Both the position numbers and the translations under genes were made by a program. A stretch of DNA of 64,000 nucleotides from Takakia lepidozioides (Eukaryota; Plantae; Bryophyta), in the NCBI GenBank assembly GCA_030704615.1, contig CM060731.1, positions 62,806,001 through 62,870,000 on the forward strand, in the 5' to 3' direction. The notes beneath the pieces were generated by a model. The model was not told the DNA's origin. It made no database searches and saw only the letters and a program-made list of their open reading frames with translations. Shown piece by piece: positions 50,149 through 61,482 of this stretch; positions within the stretch are counted from its first letter, which is position 1, and every line of letters starts with the position of its first letter.

Positions 50149-51352
50149 GTTATAGCCTTCGCGCCATCCGATAATATTCCGACTCTTGCACTTGGAACAA
50201 CTGCTTATGTGACCATCTGCCTCAAAGCCCCAAAAAACAGTGAAACATGGGAAGTGGCATATGTTTAGTTTCTTCAGTTCTGAAAATCAGTAATGTATAT
50301 CTTCATTGTTTTTGAAGGAGGCAGTATACAGTGGAGGTGAACCTCACTCGTTCGAGACCAGGGCTGGTTAAGTGTCCTCATGAAGATTTTGCTTTCGGAA
50401 TGTTGATGAATGCTTTCCCAATCAGTCTGGGGCGAGGGTGGCAGTGTATCAGGGTTGGCGGTTTCGCAGCTCTAGTCGTTGGTGACCTGGCAGACCGCAT
50501 TTTGAACTGGCATATGTTCAATTGCAGGTTAAGTCGCAACTGAAAAAGCACACTCGCACTTAAGTTTGGGCAAAGGCAGACACATTTCAGGGCGTTTGTT
50601 TTTGGTACCGGGGTTTCCAACTTCCTTTGGGCTGCTTTTCATTACGAACTCAGGTCATGGCATACTATTTAGGTACGAATGGCAGTCTTATTGAAGTTGC
50701 CATTGAAGATCCCCGCGATATCTCGGATGTACTGCAACCGCGATTGGCAGGGACACGCACTGTCATTGCAAACATTTTGTTTGGTTCTAGCATGGAGAAA
50801 TTAGTGTGTCTAGAAGGAATAGTGTTGTTGTACAAGCCGAATGCCCCAAAGTCATATGCTATGCAATATGTTACTATGGGGGTTCCTTTGTGTATTTGGG
50901 ATGTGATTGCATGTGCTGCATAGGCAAAAGGATTTCATGTGGACACAACCATGAAGGCTCGGATTTCTGGGGACTTGTGGTTGGAGGTGAACCTGCGGAG
51001 TCCTCAGAAGATCTTCAGCATTGTGGAGGCAGACGAGACCGGGTTCATATCCAAGGTCCCCATTGTGGACCTGAAGAAGACCCTCGCTGGTATAAAAACT
51101 AACGTGATGGTGAAGGGTAGCTTTACAGTGCGACTAAAGAAGCAGTATAGGGTTGAGAGAGGAGAGCATAGTGTTAGTTGGTCGTTGGGGCTCACTCCCA
51201 CTACTGCTTTTTTGATTGACAAAACCGACATCGATGAGACTTCTGCCATGGATGAGCTGGTGCAGGACTTGGGTGCTCTTAGAGTCAGTCCAGCCCTCTC
51301 AGCTTTGCTTGTAGGTGGGGCAGGATCATCCACGCGAAAATCTGAGAAGTAA
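50149..51352 (+). CDS. Putative spliced orphan ORF carried by the MULE (function unknown)
   Basis: Consecutive protein-like open segments 50331-50527, ~50654-50870 and ~50923-51352 are partly bounded by splice-like sites. No family was recognised. Confidence 0.35.
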
Positions 51353-53568
51353 TTGATAATGCTTCATAGAAGACACGGTCGACGGCTTAAGGTAGGGATC
51401 CAATTGAGTGCATGTGTTTGCTCTTTCAAAAACTGAGGCTGGAGTTTGTGGGGCAATTCATAAGTATTGCTGAACTAGAGGAACTGCTTGGTCGTTCAGT
51501 ACTGCCTCATTTGCACCAGAAGTGCATAAGGGGTTGCATACAAATGTGCATGTTCCATGCTGAAGATTTGAACAAATGCTGCTGAAGCAAGCATGGTGTG
51601 GTCTGATTGCATGTGTTTGTCCCCCAGCTTTAAGAGGGCTATGGGTGAAGTGAAATTCAATTATGAAGGGTACCTAACAGTTGGTAAAGGCACCCTTCAA
51701 ACCACAGTCATCCATATGTTCACACAGAACTTGCTGAGATTTAATTAAATGCATATGAAACCAATAGGCATTTATGCATAATATTGTTTGCTTTCGTAAT
51801 CTTCCTTACCTGGGGTGATACCTTCAAGATTACATTCAATTGGCCTAAAGCAATTAGCAGAAGGGAAGGGACGTTTCTTATGTGTCACTTACCCTTCTAC
51901 ATACAGGTCACATGGGAAGTATGTAAATTCAGAAGGAATGATTTTGCAGCTCCCATGATGCTGGCAAGGCAGGCTTGCATTTGTGCACCCTGAAATCAGA
52001 ACACATCAGTGGATGAAGTAGAAGAAGTGTATATTCCTTGGGAGATAGGGATGGGTACAAATTGGGGCCGAAGTATGAAAGGACATTTGAACAGTTATTT
52101 TATTTTTGGTTGATAGGCACCATTGTTGTAGAGAAGTGCACAGGCTTCGGTGAAGATGGAGGAGAGCAGGTATACGAGGAGGGGAAACATCAGCATATTC
52201 AATCCTTTCATGTGTTTGAATGAAAGACAACGGCAAACTGAGATGGGGGATGGAGAGGCCCATGTGTTCAAACATTGTGCCATAGACATGGAAATGTATG
52301 GACCACAACATCCCGAATTTCGTATGTTGGTGCAATCACGGTTGGTGCGCATTATAGACAACCATCATGCCGATGTCAGGTGCCCTCTGTGTATGTATCA
52401 CTATGGAAATCCGAATGGCACGCATAGAGAACCTACACTTCGTTGATTCACCATTGTGCAACACACTGGACCTCATGGCGTGTAGAGCACAGGTGCTTGG
52501 CACGAATTATATTCAATATCATTGCTGAGAGACCAATTGCCACACTGGCACTAGCACAATAACATTCATGTGATTGCGAGAAAGACTGATTGCACTGGGG
52601 TGTGCATTGTGCCCATTTACAATTGTTGCATGGAATGGTATGTGCGGGGTGTTACCAATTTCCTTTACATGCAATTCCTGGCTTGCTTGTATATGCAATG
52701 TAGGCATGTGTTGCATGCATGGAGCTACATTGAAATACCCCAGTTACCAGTGCTTGTCAACATATACTTGTTGAAACAGTCCTAGTCTTCAGTATTGGGC
52801 ATTATGTCACTGCACAATACATGTAAGCAAGGAAACGGAATAGTAATGTGGCACTGTGAAGTGAGTGTGAGCAGATTGTGGGGCAACGGGGATCCCATTG
52901 GCTGCCATCATGTTGAACAGCATGCCCTTGAATCGAAAACATTAGAGAGAAGGAAGAGACATCCCGAAATAGCATACCCCAATGTAGAGAAGGGGTGACT
53001 GGGGGTAGGAAAGAGGGACTGAAGCGAACTTGCAAACAAAGCAGAGAAAAAACGTGCACTGACGGTCGAATGTGCAGCCTGTAAGAAGAATAAGACACAG
53101 TTGTGGGAAGCAAAGGACCACAAAAATCAACGCAGAAAGGTAGACAATTAATAATTAATACTTTATGTAGCCAATTGTATCCAATGTCACAACGCTTTGC
53201 CGACTTTCCTGGCTCGTTTACAACGTCTGCGTGTGAGGGGAGCTGGAGTGGTGGCCACAGGGAGGACAGGGCTGCTGCAATCTCCAACTTTGCGTGGGGG
53301 TTTGGGCACTGCATATGGTCAATACCTGGCCTACCTCCTTTAGCCCTGGGTACACGGCCTTGGTACAAGAATAACCCTGAGTTTTTAAAGAAACTCCCTT
53401 CTTGAATAAGTCCTCTATTTGCAGTCTTGCCCTGTGCTCCTCCACATGCACCTGACCTGCGGGCAATCGAAACAATTGCTGGAGGTATAAGAGAGGTACA
53501 AGAGTACTTACTAATTCAACTCCCTTCACCGTTGTTGTTCCTGTCCTTGGCTCAAAGTTCTGCAAGAA

Positions 53569-53840
53569 TTGGTCCATGGCGACATCTTCGGAGTTGGAAT
53601 TGTACCAGATGTCATTCTGAACAATACCCTGGTGAACATGTTTGCAAAATGTGGGTGCATCTAGGATGCAAAGGGAGTGTGTTTGACACTATGGCTGAAC
53701 GAGATGTGGTGTCGTGGAGTGCGATGCTTGCAGGGTATGCAAGACAAGGACGTGGGATGGAGGCTTTGGAGAGCTATGAGCAATGATGGGGGGGAAGCAC
53801 ATCATGTTTGTGTGCATTTGCAATGCTTGTGCAAGCCTGG
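53569..53840 (+). pseudogene. Captured PLS-class PPR gene fragment
   Basis: VHGDI..GIVPDVILNNTLVNMFAKCGCI*DAK.VFDTMAERDVVSWSAMLAGYARQGRGMEALE, with a stop and frameshifts. Confidence 0.88.
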
Positions 53841-54084
53841 CCGCCAGCCTGGATCTGATGTGAGCTGCAAAGAAAGAAGAACAAAGAATGCAAAAGCAAG
53901 CAATGATCATTGTTAGAAATTCATACAATTTTCGTAAGGATATTCATGTTCATTCTACCTGATACATGGATTCAGCACATTGCGCGAGCACATGAACGTC
54001 CATAACTAAAATAGGCAGCAAATGATCATGTAAACCACGAGCATCTGCCTCTTACCGGGCCTGCACCACCAGGTTGTGGATTCA

Positions 54085-54760
54085 AGTACGTTTGCACTAA
54101 GTACAACTCAATGTAATGAGCTACAAACAGACCACACTGCCATGTGTTGGCCTGCTATGGAACAGGCAGGCAGAACCACCGCTTGAGGTCAGTCGCATCC
54201 TTCCACTGGGGGCTTCCTGGGCTGATTCCTCTGACCATGGCCCAGAAAGTAGCAAACAATGGCTTGAAAGCACGGTATTTGTGCAAACTTCTTATGCTAT
54301 TCAAGTGAAGGTAGCGAGACGGTTCCAAGATAACCAGACTCCAATGGTCACTGCACAGGGGGGCAACAATAGCAGGTTAGTCCACATGTAGCAATGGAGC
54401 ATGGCCTTCTTCAAAGGTACGGCAACAAGAAGGTAGAAATGCATACACATTGTACTCACTTGCATAAAATTGGCACAATAAGGGCTTCAACACCCTCACT
54501 CCTGAAGAAGGGGAACCGTCTTTGCATCCAAATCCGCACAGAGTCGACTTGATTTGCCTGCTTTGCACAATGATCGCGAAGGCATATCCATGTGAAGCTA
54601 TCTACAACACGAATTTTATTGCACACATGTTCAGGAAGAGAAAGTATTTTAACTAACACCCAGAAGTCCATCAGACGGTCACTAATCCACCCCCTTGCAG
54701 AGAGCAAGTCATTTGCATCTTCTAGTCTAAGAGGAACTTGCGAAACCCGAGAGCCCTTCA
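54085..54760 (-). pseudogene. Ulp1-like (peptidase C48) SUMO-protease domain, 2 exons (intron 54459-54351)
   Basis: GWISDRLMDFW..VVDSFTW..LIVPILCN|DHWSLVIL..HLNSI..VP*QANTWQCGLFV. His and Cys are present, the catalytic Asp reads Asn, and one Gln codon reads TAG. Confidence 0.85.
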
Positions 54761-56850
54761 AAAACCATATGTCATGTGTTTTTGCCACCACTGCACCACT
54801 GCCCCGCATGCAAAAAAGGCACATACCTCATTGCTATGAGAATCCGCCCACATAATTATGCACATGCGGGCCACTTGCAAGCTGTGGATGGAAGGTATAC
54901 CATATCATGCATGAAAAAGGGTGCACAGGCGTCGCAACTCACTACACGTTTTTGAGGCCTTCACGTATCCTGCACATCCAAGAGCCCAATATGTCAATGC
55001 ATGTGCAACGTCGTGCATACACCATTTCCAATCTGGAGAGGAGAGACCGTTAACATTAAAAAAAACCACAATGACACTGGATAACTGGACATGATTTTGT
55101 TGCGCTGCAATGCAAGTGCTGGTTGGGGCAACGCATCCTTTGCCTTGGCAGCAACCATGGTATGGATGGGCTTGGGTTTGGCAAAGGTAGCAATGGTTAC
55201 ATTTTTATTCAATGCCCGGACGCTGCCATGTACATCACCATGAAATCGTGTAGTAGCCTCTGTACTGTGAGGTGTATCAGCACCATCAAACAAGATTTGG
55301 TAAGGTCGCATGGGCAAAGGCAGTGCGAGAACCATCGCATTGGGGGTGGGAGGCTCTGTCCCATGTTTAAGCACTGAGGTAGCTGGGGTAACGGAAGATC
55401 CAACAGTGCTTACTGCATGTACAATAGCACCCTCATGAGTGGGACATCGCATATTAAGGGGTGGTGGACTTTGGAACTCAGTTATGTCATAGAGGGTTTG
55501 TTTTGAAGTGAAAGAGGCCACAGGGGGAGGCGGTCGACACAATCCAGGAAATACCTGAGTGGCGCTTAGTTCCATTTCAAGTTGAGTCATGGGACCTGGT
55601 TGTGGGCACTGTATGTCGCCACAGTTTCTTCAGCAGGCAGGATCGTTTGGGCCTGAGGGAGGACAGGATCCGACAGCACATATTCTACCATGGCATTGTT
55701 GGCCTCATTAGAAGGTGTGGAATTGCATGCCATATTAGCGGCCAAAATGAGTGCCCCCATGTTCGTATTTGTACTCACGTGAACGAGTGCGCTTGACTGC
55801 GGTTCAAGGACATCCGCCTCCTTATGTCCACACTTGGCATTGCAGAAACGTGCCTCATCCCTTGCGAGCCTCTCAATGTGGACCTCATGGAGGATTTGTC
55901 GGGCAGCCTCAAGTTTGTCATGTAGGCTGGATTCCCCGTAGTCAAGACAGCCTGCACACCAACATCGGCATTGTGAAAATGTGGCCGTGACAAGAAATGA
56001 AATGAGAACAACACCAGGGACATTGTTAAGAACCACCAGGAACTGAAATGTAGTAGCACGAACCGTGGTAAGGGCAATACACACCTGGTGGACAGGGAAG
56101 CCAGCCCATGTCGACATCCTCCCGATGCTTCAAATTTTTTGTTGAAGTCCTTCAAGGCTTTTTTCTTGCCCCCTGCACCATCAGTTGGTATACTCCCACA
56201 CCACAATATTCTGAAGGCAATAGGATTCAGAACGGCGAGGTCACGCACAGCCCTGCATCGGACCTGGCGCATGAAACAATGCAGATCTTCAAAAAAGTGT
56301 TCGCAGTCCTCTTTCCGCACTCCCCGAAGGGCTGCAAGCACTTCACGCACCTGGGTTTGGGCTTCCTCGTATGGGGGTATGCCTCCGTACAGGAAGTATC
56401 CAATCTGCAGGAAATTCTCACCCGCATTTGTAATGGCACACTGGCCATCTTTTGTGTTGAGAAGATGATTTTGGAAAGTTAACAAGATGGAATTTCGGGG
56501 AATTGACATAGGTTTCATGTTGTGAACGTGAGACATCCAAACCAGACGGATTACCCTGCTGCAAAGCGGAATGTTTGGAGGTGGAGCGTGGTGGCGAACA
56601 GCCTCAAGAATGACCATCAACCTATCATATTCATCCTCAGAATGTGTGAACATATCGGGGGGCAACTCAGGGATCTCACCTGCTGCAACAATTTGGTACA
56701 GAGGGGACTAACCCCCCTCCTGTTTCTCATCATATTGTTCTATATCCCATTTTGCCATGTTGTCGTCAACAAACTGCCTTCTACAAGCCTCCAACTCAGA
56801 CTGGGCTGCAATTCCTTTCATTTCGAAATCCAGCAATGCCATGGCATACT

Positions 56851-57368
56851 CAGGGTTGCACACGTCAGTGACGTCACGTCACGTCAGTTTTGCCGAAAAT
56901 TCAGTAAAACATGAGTTAGGTAAAAAATATGCCACGTAGGTGGACACGTTGTATTCCAAGCGACACCTTGGCAAGTGAATGAATTGTTTAATAAATTACT
57001 CCATCCGCCAATATTTGAGGTCATTTTTAAATCATTATTGTTAAATTGGTGCGACCTCCAAATGGTGGTGGTCGCAGAATTTATCTTATTTTTTAATAGT
57101 TGCGATCACCAGCAGAGGGGTTGTCGCAGCATTTTTGTTTTAAAAAAAATAGATGCGACCACCAGCAGGGGTGGTTGCATTTTTTTCTTTTCTTAAACAG
57201 TTGTGACCACCGCTACTGGATGCGACCACCATCAGGGGGGTGGTCGCAACATTTTTCTATTTTTTAATATCTGCGATCACCAGCATGGAGTGGTCGCAGC
57301 ATTTTTCTGTTTTTTTAATAGGTGCGACCACCAGCAGGGGGTGGTCGCAACAATTTGCTGTTGTTTTG

Positions 57369-57399
<31 letters not shown>

Positions 57400-58035
57400 T
57401 TTTTTCCCCTTAAAATAATCTCTGTGACCACGAGCATGGGGTGGTTGCACCATTTTTCTTTTTTTTTAATAGGTGCGACCACCAGCAGGGGGGTGGTCGC
57501 AGCAATTTTTTGTTTTTTAATATCTGCAACCACCAGCATGAGGGTGGTCGCATCAGTTTAAAAAAAAAAATAACATGCGACTTCCTCGCACCCAATTTAA
57601 AAAAAAGAAAAAATATGCGACCACCCTCTGCTTGTGGTCACACCTATTAAAAAAAAAGAAAATGCTGTGACCACCACCTGCTGGTGGTCGCACCCATTTA
57701 AAAAATAAATAAAAATGTGCGACCACCCCCTTCTGGTGGTCGCACCTATTTTTTTTTTTTTAAATTGTCCGACCAACCGTTGCTGATGGTCGCATGATTG
57801 ACAATATAAATCATAATATATGAATTTTACAGATAAATAATGAAGTCCACGTAATGAGGCCACATCGGTTGCCACGTCGGTTCTCATGATAAATAGTCAA
57901 TAGTAAAATAAAAAAAATAAACATATTTATGTGCAATAACGTCCGTTTAGGACGTGACGTGACGCACGTCCGTCGTTGACATCGGACGTGACGCTGACGC
58001 GTCAATGCCACGTCACGCCGGAATTTGCAACTAAG
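56851..58035. mobile_element. Nested 1,185-bp non-autonomous hAT-type element with an internal palindrome array
   Basis: Perfect 8-bp TSD GGCATACT (56843-56850, 58036-58043), ends CAGGGTTGCA / TGCAACTAAG, and ACGTC/GACGT subterminal repeats. Confidence 0.88.
57050..57795. repeat. Array of ~14 palindromic units TGCGACCACC-N6-8-GGTGGTCGCA with A/T-rich spacers, ~51-bp period
   Basis: Units at about 57050, 57101, 57154, 57221, 57272, 57323, 57423, 57474, 57525, 57576, 57615, 57666, 57718 and 57768. Confidence 0.9.
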
Positions 58036-58841
58036 GGCATACTTGTGATGTGCCATCACCAGTTGGCATTCCGCCAACTGAGCGGGATGGTCATGAGTTA
58101 CTCTAGGACGTATGGCAAATAGCTCCACCACATTTTCCACAGCTGTCTTCTCCTCTAGAGGTGCATCAAACTGCTCCCCCGCCATTGCAGAGTCATGGAG
58201 CTGGTCAGTAATAGAGGAAGAGTAACCAAAAACCCTAAACTTGAAAGACAACTTCAAACAAAATGCAAAGACACGCATCATCAAAGAAGGAGTTGTGACC
58301 ATGAAGGTGCAGGGCAAGAAGAATGTGTGTTACCCGTCGTTTAAGCCACCATTGACCAAAATCGTTGCCCATCATTTGGTCCTCGAACTCAAATTTCCCA
58401 ATAAGAGCCACAAGACGATTGAGAAAAAGGCTCGTCCAGAGATGGAAATCCGTCGGGCAACAAGTCGAACTTCATCAGATAGGTCAGTCCTGGGCATGAA
58501 ACAGGTGCGGGTATGGGAGGCACAACAATATCCGAGATCAGTAGCAATGACGCCTTGACAAAGCCTTCCCTTGCCTCTTCTCTACTTAGCGGTGCAAGGG
58601 TTGTGGACTTCAGAATGTGCACTGGAGGTCTGCCATCTTGTCTACCTGAAGATGCAACTCCAACGTGCACTTCGGGTTGAAGACTTTGCTGCGGTACGAT
58701 AGGAGGTTGTACAAACGTAGAGTTTACAATGTGCTCAAATGGAAGACTTTCCTGTGATGGCAGAGGTGCGTCCAATGAGTCTTTTCGAATGCGCTGAGGT
58801 CTAACAGTCTGCTGTGGCAACGCAGGTGGTGCGTCCAACAT

Positions 58842-59321
58842 CTAGAAATCGTCATCGTCATCATCATCGTCAAGGTCCACTCCCGGCTCCTTCTGAAGAC
58901 TCATGTGCTTCCTGCGCTTAGGTTCTCGTGTAGTCTCTTCTACCGTCGTCTCCTCGCGTTCTACCCTCGTCTTCATCAACTTGCAGGAAAGAGGCTTCAT
59001 CCCGTGCTTACTAAGAACAGCCTCCATGATGTGCCTCTGCCCCTTTTCAAAAACAGGGTACATTTTCAGTTTAGGCCCACCCTTTCCCACAGCAACATCA
59101 CAGCCATTTATCCTGTGAATGTTAAGTTTCTTCTTATCTTTATATTGCTTAAGACAGTGGATACACTTGAATGGCTTCCTATTATCATCACCGGGCTGCT
59201 CAATCCTTGCCTCTGAGTGAGCCTCACATATGAGATTTTCCCACTCATCAGAGTCGTACGTTTCATTGTATGTCCGACGCGCTTCGTGCTTGGAGGATTG
59301 TTTCACCATATCGGCGCCCAC
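58842..59321 (-). CDS. ORF with a single C2H2/C2HC-type zinc finger and an acidic tail, near the right TIR of the MULE (possibly reading through a premature stop into 58389-58841)
   Basis: KPFKCIHCLKQYKDKKKLNIHRINGC. The 150-aa ORF follows in the same frame immediately after the TAG. Confidence 0.55.
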   Translation of the reverse strand: MGADMVKQSSKHEARRTYNETYDSDEWENLICEAHSEARIEQPGDDNRKPFKCIHCLKQYKDKKKLNIHRINGCDVAVGKGGPKLKMYPVFEKGQRHIMEAVLSKHGMKPLSCKLMKTRVEREETTVEETTREPKRRKHMSLQKEPGVDLDDDDDDDDF

Positions 59322-60699
59322 TCCAAATCCACTACCCTCCTCCTGAAGAATCCTCTAGCAGAGCAAAGGTTGTTGGAATGTGAAAGCAAGAACTCAAACT
59401 AAAACATGAAGCATGCAAATGGACTGCAACAGACAGAAATGGCAAGCAAGAGGAAGAAAATAGCTGCAAATCTCACGAATGACTTCCAAATTCTCCAAAA
59501 AGAAACCCTGTACTCAAGTCAAATGAGTAATCGCTTCACCACCACAACTCAGTCAACAGTTTATAACAACCGCGATGCATACTCCTCAAGGAAGTGCTTA
59601 TAACACTGCTTCCGCCGGGATCATACATTTCGGGCCATGCAAACGCCAGGAAGCTTGGAAAACCTGTCCTGTGGCTGCCATGAATTAAATCAATCAAGCA
59701 TCGACGTGAGGAGTGACAGCTGAAGGGCCGCATTCGAATCGACAGGTCCTCCATGTGCGTGCGAACTGGACGCGAAAAGCACGAAAGCATGATCATCGCG
59801 ATCTCCCTACGGCCATATATGAGTATGTGTCACATCCTGTCATGTCAAGCCGTCCATCATCATGGGTGATTGCAGCACATGGATCATGTTGCATTCCATC
59901 CATCTTTCGTCATGCGATGTGTCCCGCGCGCGATGTTGGGTTGTGGTGACAGGTGTCATGTGGTGTGGTGACGGCCGGCGGGCGGGGGGGGGGCGGGCGT
60001 GAGGGGTGGGCTAGCGCGGGGGGGAGGGGCCCCCGGGGCAGAGCGACCGCGAGCCACGCAGGAGCCGGCGAAGGGGGTGTGGCTGGGGTGGCGGGGGGTG
60101 CCACGCAGGCAGGACTGAAGGGGTCGCATTAAACTCCCGGGCCTTTTCTAATGTGCGCCGTAGTGTATTGACCTGGGTATTGGAATTGTCAATACCAGGC
60201 GGTTCGGTTATTAACCCTAGTATTACAACAGCCAATACTATTCGGGCCGGTTATTTAATACCCTAGTTGATACCCGGCCATGCAGAAATAATTATGCATA
60301 TGGTCAATTAATTGATTATTCTGATTTTTTTGAATTATTAAATTTCCTGAAACACATACCAAACTCCTATATCTGGTTAGGCAATAATTAATTCAAATTC
60401 AAAGTGCCTAATGCATCTTGGGAAATTTTTAAATTTTGGCCTAATTGTTTGGAACCTATGGGACAAACTTAAGTGGCTATTTCTTCGAAATTTGAGCACA
60501 AATTTTCAAACCTTTCTAATGTTGTTCGTAATAAGAGGAAATTTTCATTGAACAAAAATCAATACACACATATACGGGCGGATCTACCTACGAAAGCTCC
60601 ATGTAATTTCGAAAGGCCCTACATAGACTCGACAATGTCCTCATATTATACTGATCCTCATCAGTAGTCCTCATGATCTTTCCATCTACCTCGTCCATC

Positions 60700-60832
60700 A
60701 GATCAGAGATCTTGACCCGGAAGGGCTATTGCCTTCTGTCGGGAAGGTGGACACCTTTGTGACACCAATCGGTGGATTGAACCCACAACTATTGCAGAGG
60801 TGGTATGTGCCCATTACCACTGGGCTAGAGCT
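60700..60832 (-). mobile_element. tRNA-derived SINE
   Basis: Minus strand TAGCCCAGTGG (A box) ... GGTTCAATCC (B box), then non-tRNA sequence. Confidence 0.55.
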
Positions 60833-61286
60833 TGGTTGTCCACATCTACAGACATAGACAAAGTTTCCTCCACACTAAGGTCAAGATAGACTAGGGCTTC
60901 GCGTTGCTCCGCACAACTAGCGACGGTTTATGAGAACTATGTTCAAGTTTCACAAAAAGGTGTGGGTCATCCTTGTGGTCTTACCATCAACCCATGGGCC
61001 ACTGGGTATTGTGAAAAGGTTGAAAGGGATTGATTTAGTAAACAGTCGCACGCAATGAATTGTTAATTTTGTTGATGGGATCTATTCAAGTCTTGTGAAA
61101 AGATGGACCGCGTTGTGTTCTAATACATGAAGCAATTCTGGATTATGAATTTTGCTTAGGAAACATTTTTCGGTCGTTTATGCAATCTCTCAAATGGGTT
61201 CTCATGGTAGGTAACATTTATTGGCCCTGCCCGACAGGGTAGCAACTACGCATCAAGTTGGCAAAGTGACCTTAACCATATATCAT

Positions 61287-61407
61287 GGGTTGTTCCCATG
61301 AGACTTAATGGGAACACAAAAGTTTTTAATCCCCAGTTGGGCACATTGGGTTGTTCCCATGAGACTTGATGGGAACATGAAAGTTTTTAGTTCCCAGTTG
61401 GACACAT
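61287..61407 (+). repeat. Two ~60-bp tandem copies, each with a small hairpin
   Basis: tgggttgttcccatgagactt.atgggaaca..aaagtttt..cccagttgg.cacat occurs twice. Confidence 0.8.
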
Positions 61408-61482
61408 GTTACACTTCATATGATCAATAAAACAATGGCAGGGCCTCCGTGTACCTCACGCGTTGTTTCATTTGTATCTTAA

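Larger units (their letters stand above)
55775..58200 (-). pseudogene. Long orphan reading frame of the MULE interrupted by the hAT insertion, probably upstream in the same gene as the Ulp1 domain
   Basis: Removing 56851-58035 and one TSD joins ...AECQLVMAHHKYA to MALLDFEMKGIAAQSELEACRRQFVDD..., which continues by frameshift into the 296-aa ORF. Confidence 0.55.
40320..60159 (+). mobile_element. Giant (19,840 bp) Mutator-like element
   Basis: Termini GGCGCACATTAGAAAAGGCCCGGGAGTTTAATGCGACCCCTTC / exact reverse complement. TIR similarity extends to ~40606 and ~59916. Perfect 9-bp TSD GTAGTGTAT (40311-40319, 60160-60168). MULE transposase inside. Confidence 0.95.
39601..60283 (-). mobile_element. 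Old hAT deletion derivative split by the giant MULE (pieces 39601-40319 and 60160-60283)
   Basis: Left end CAATGTTGGGCGGGTATCA resembles the TIR of the 5000-5353 MITE. Right end tgatacccggcca is truncated. aataccag/ggtatt subterminal motifs lie on both flanks. 39893-40159 encodes a hAT C-terminal-like RQCQLGVDNFHKLMLILNNGPDD. Confidence 0.6.

Noticed and set aside
57050-57795. CRISPR array
   Set aside because: The spacers are low-complexity A/T runs similar to each other, the orientation flips mid-array, there are no cas genes, and the array sits inside a TSD-bounded eukaryotic transposon.
60160-60168. Apparent CACTA terminus (GTAGTG = reverse complement of CACTAC) with a 3-bp TAT duplication
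   Set aside because: GTAGTGTAT occurs in direct orientation on both sides, so it is the 9-bp TSD of a MULE. The left end has no CACTA and no TnpA/TnpD sequence is visible.
60760-60832. Functional tRNA gene (also 15198-15270)
   Set aside because: A and B boxes are present, but I could not fold a complete cloverleaf, so these are treated as SINE heads.
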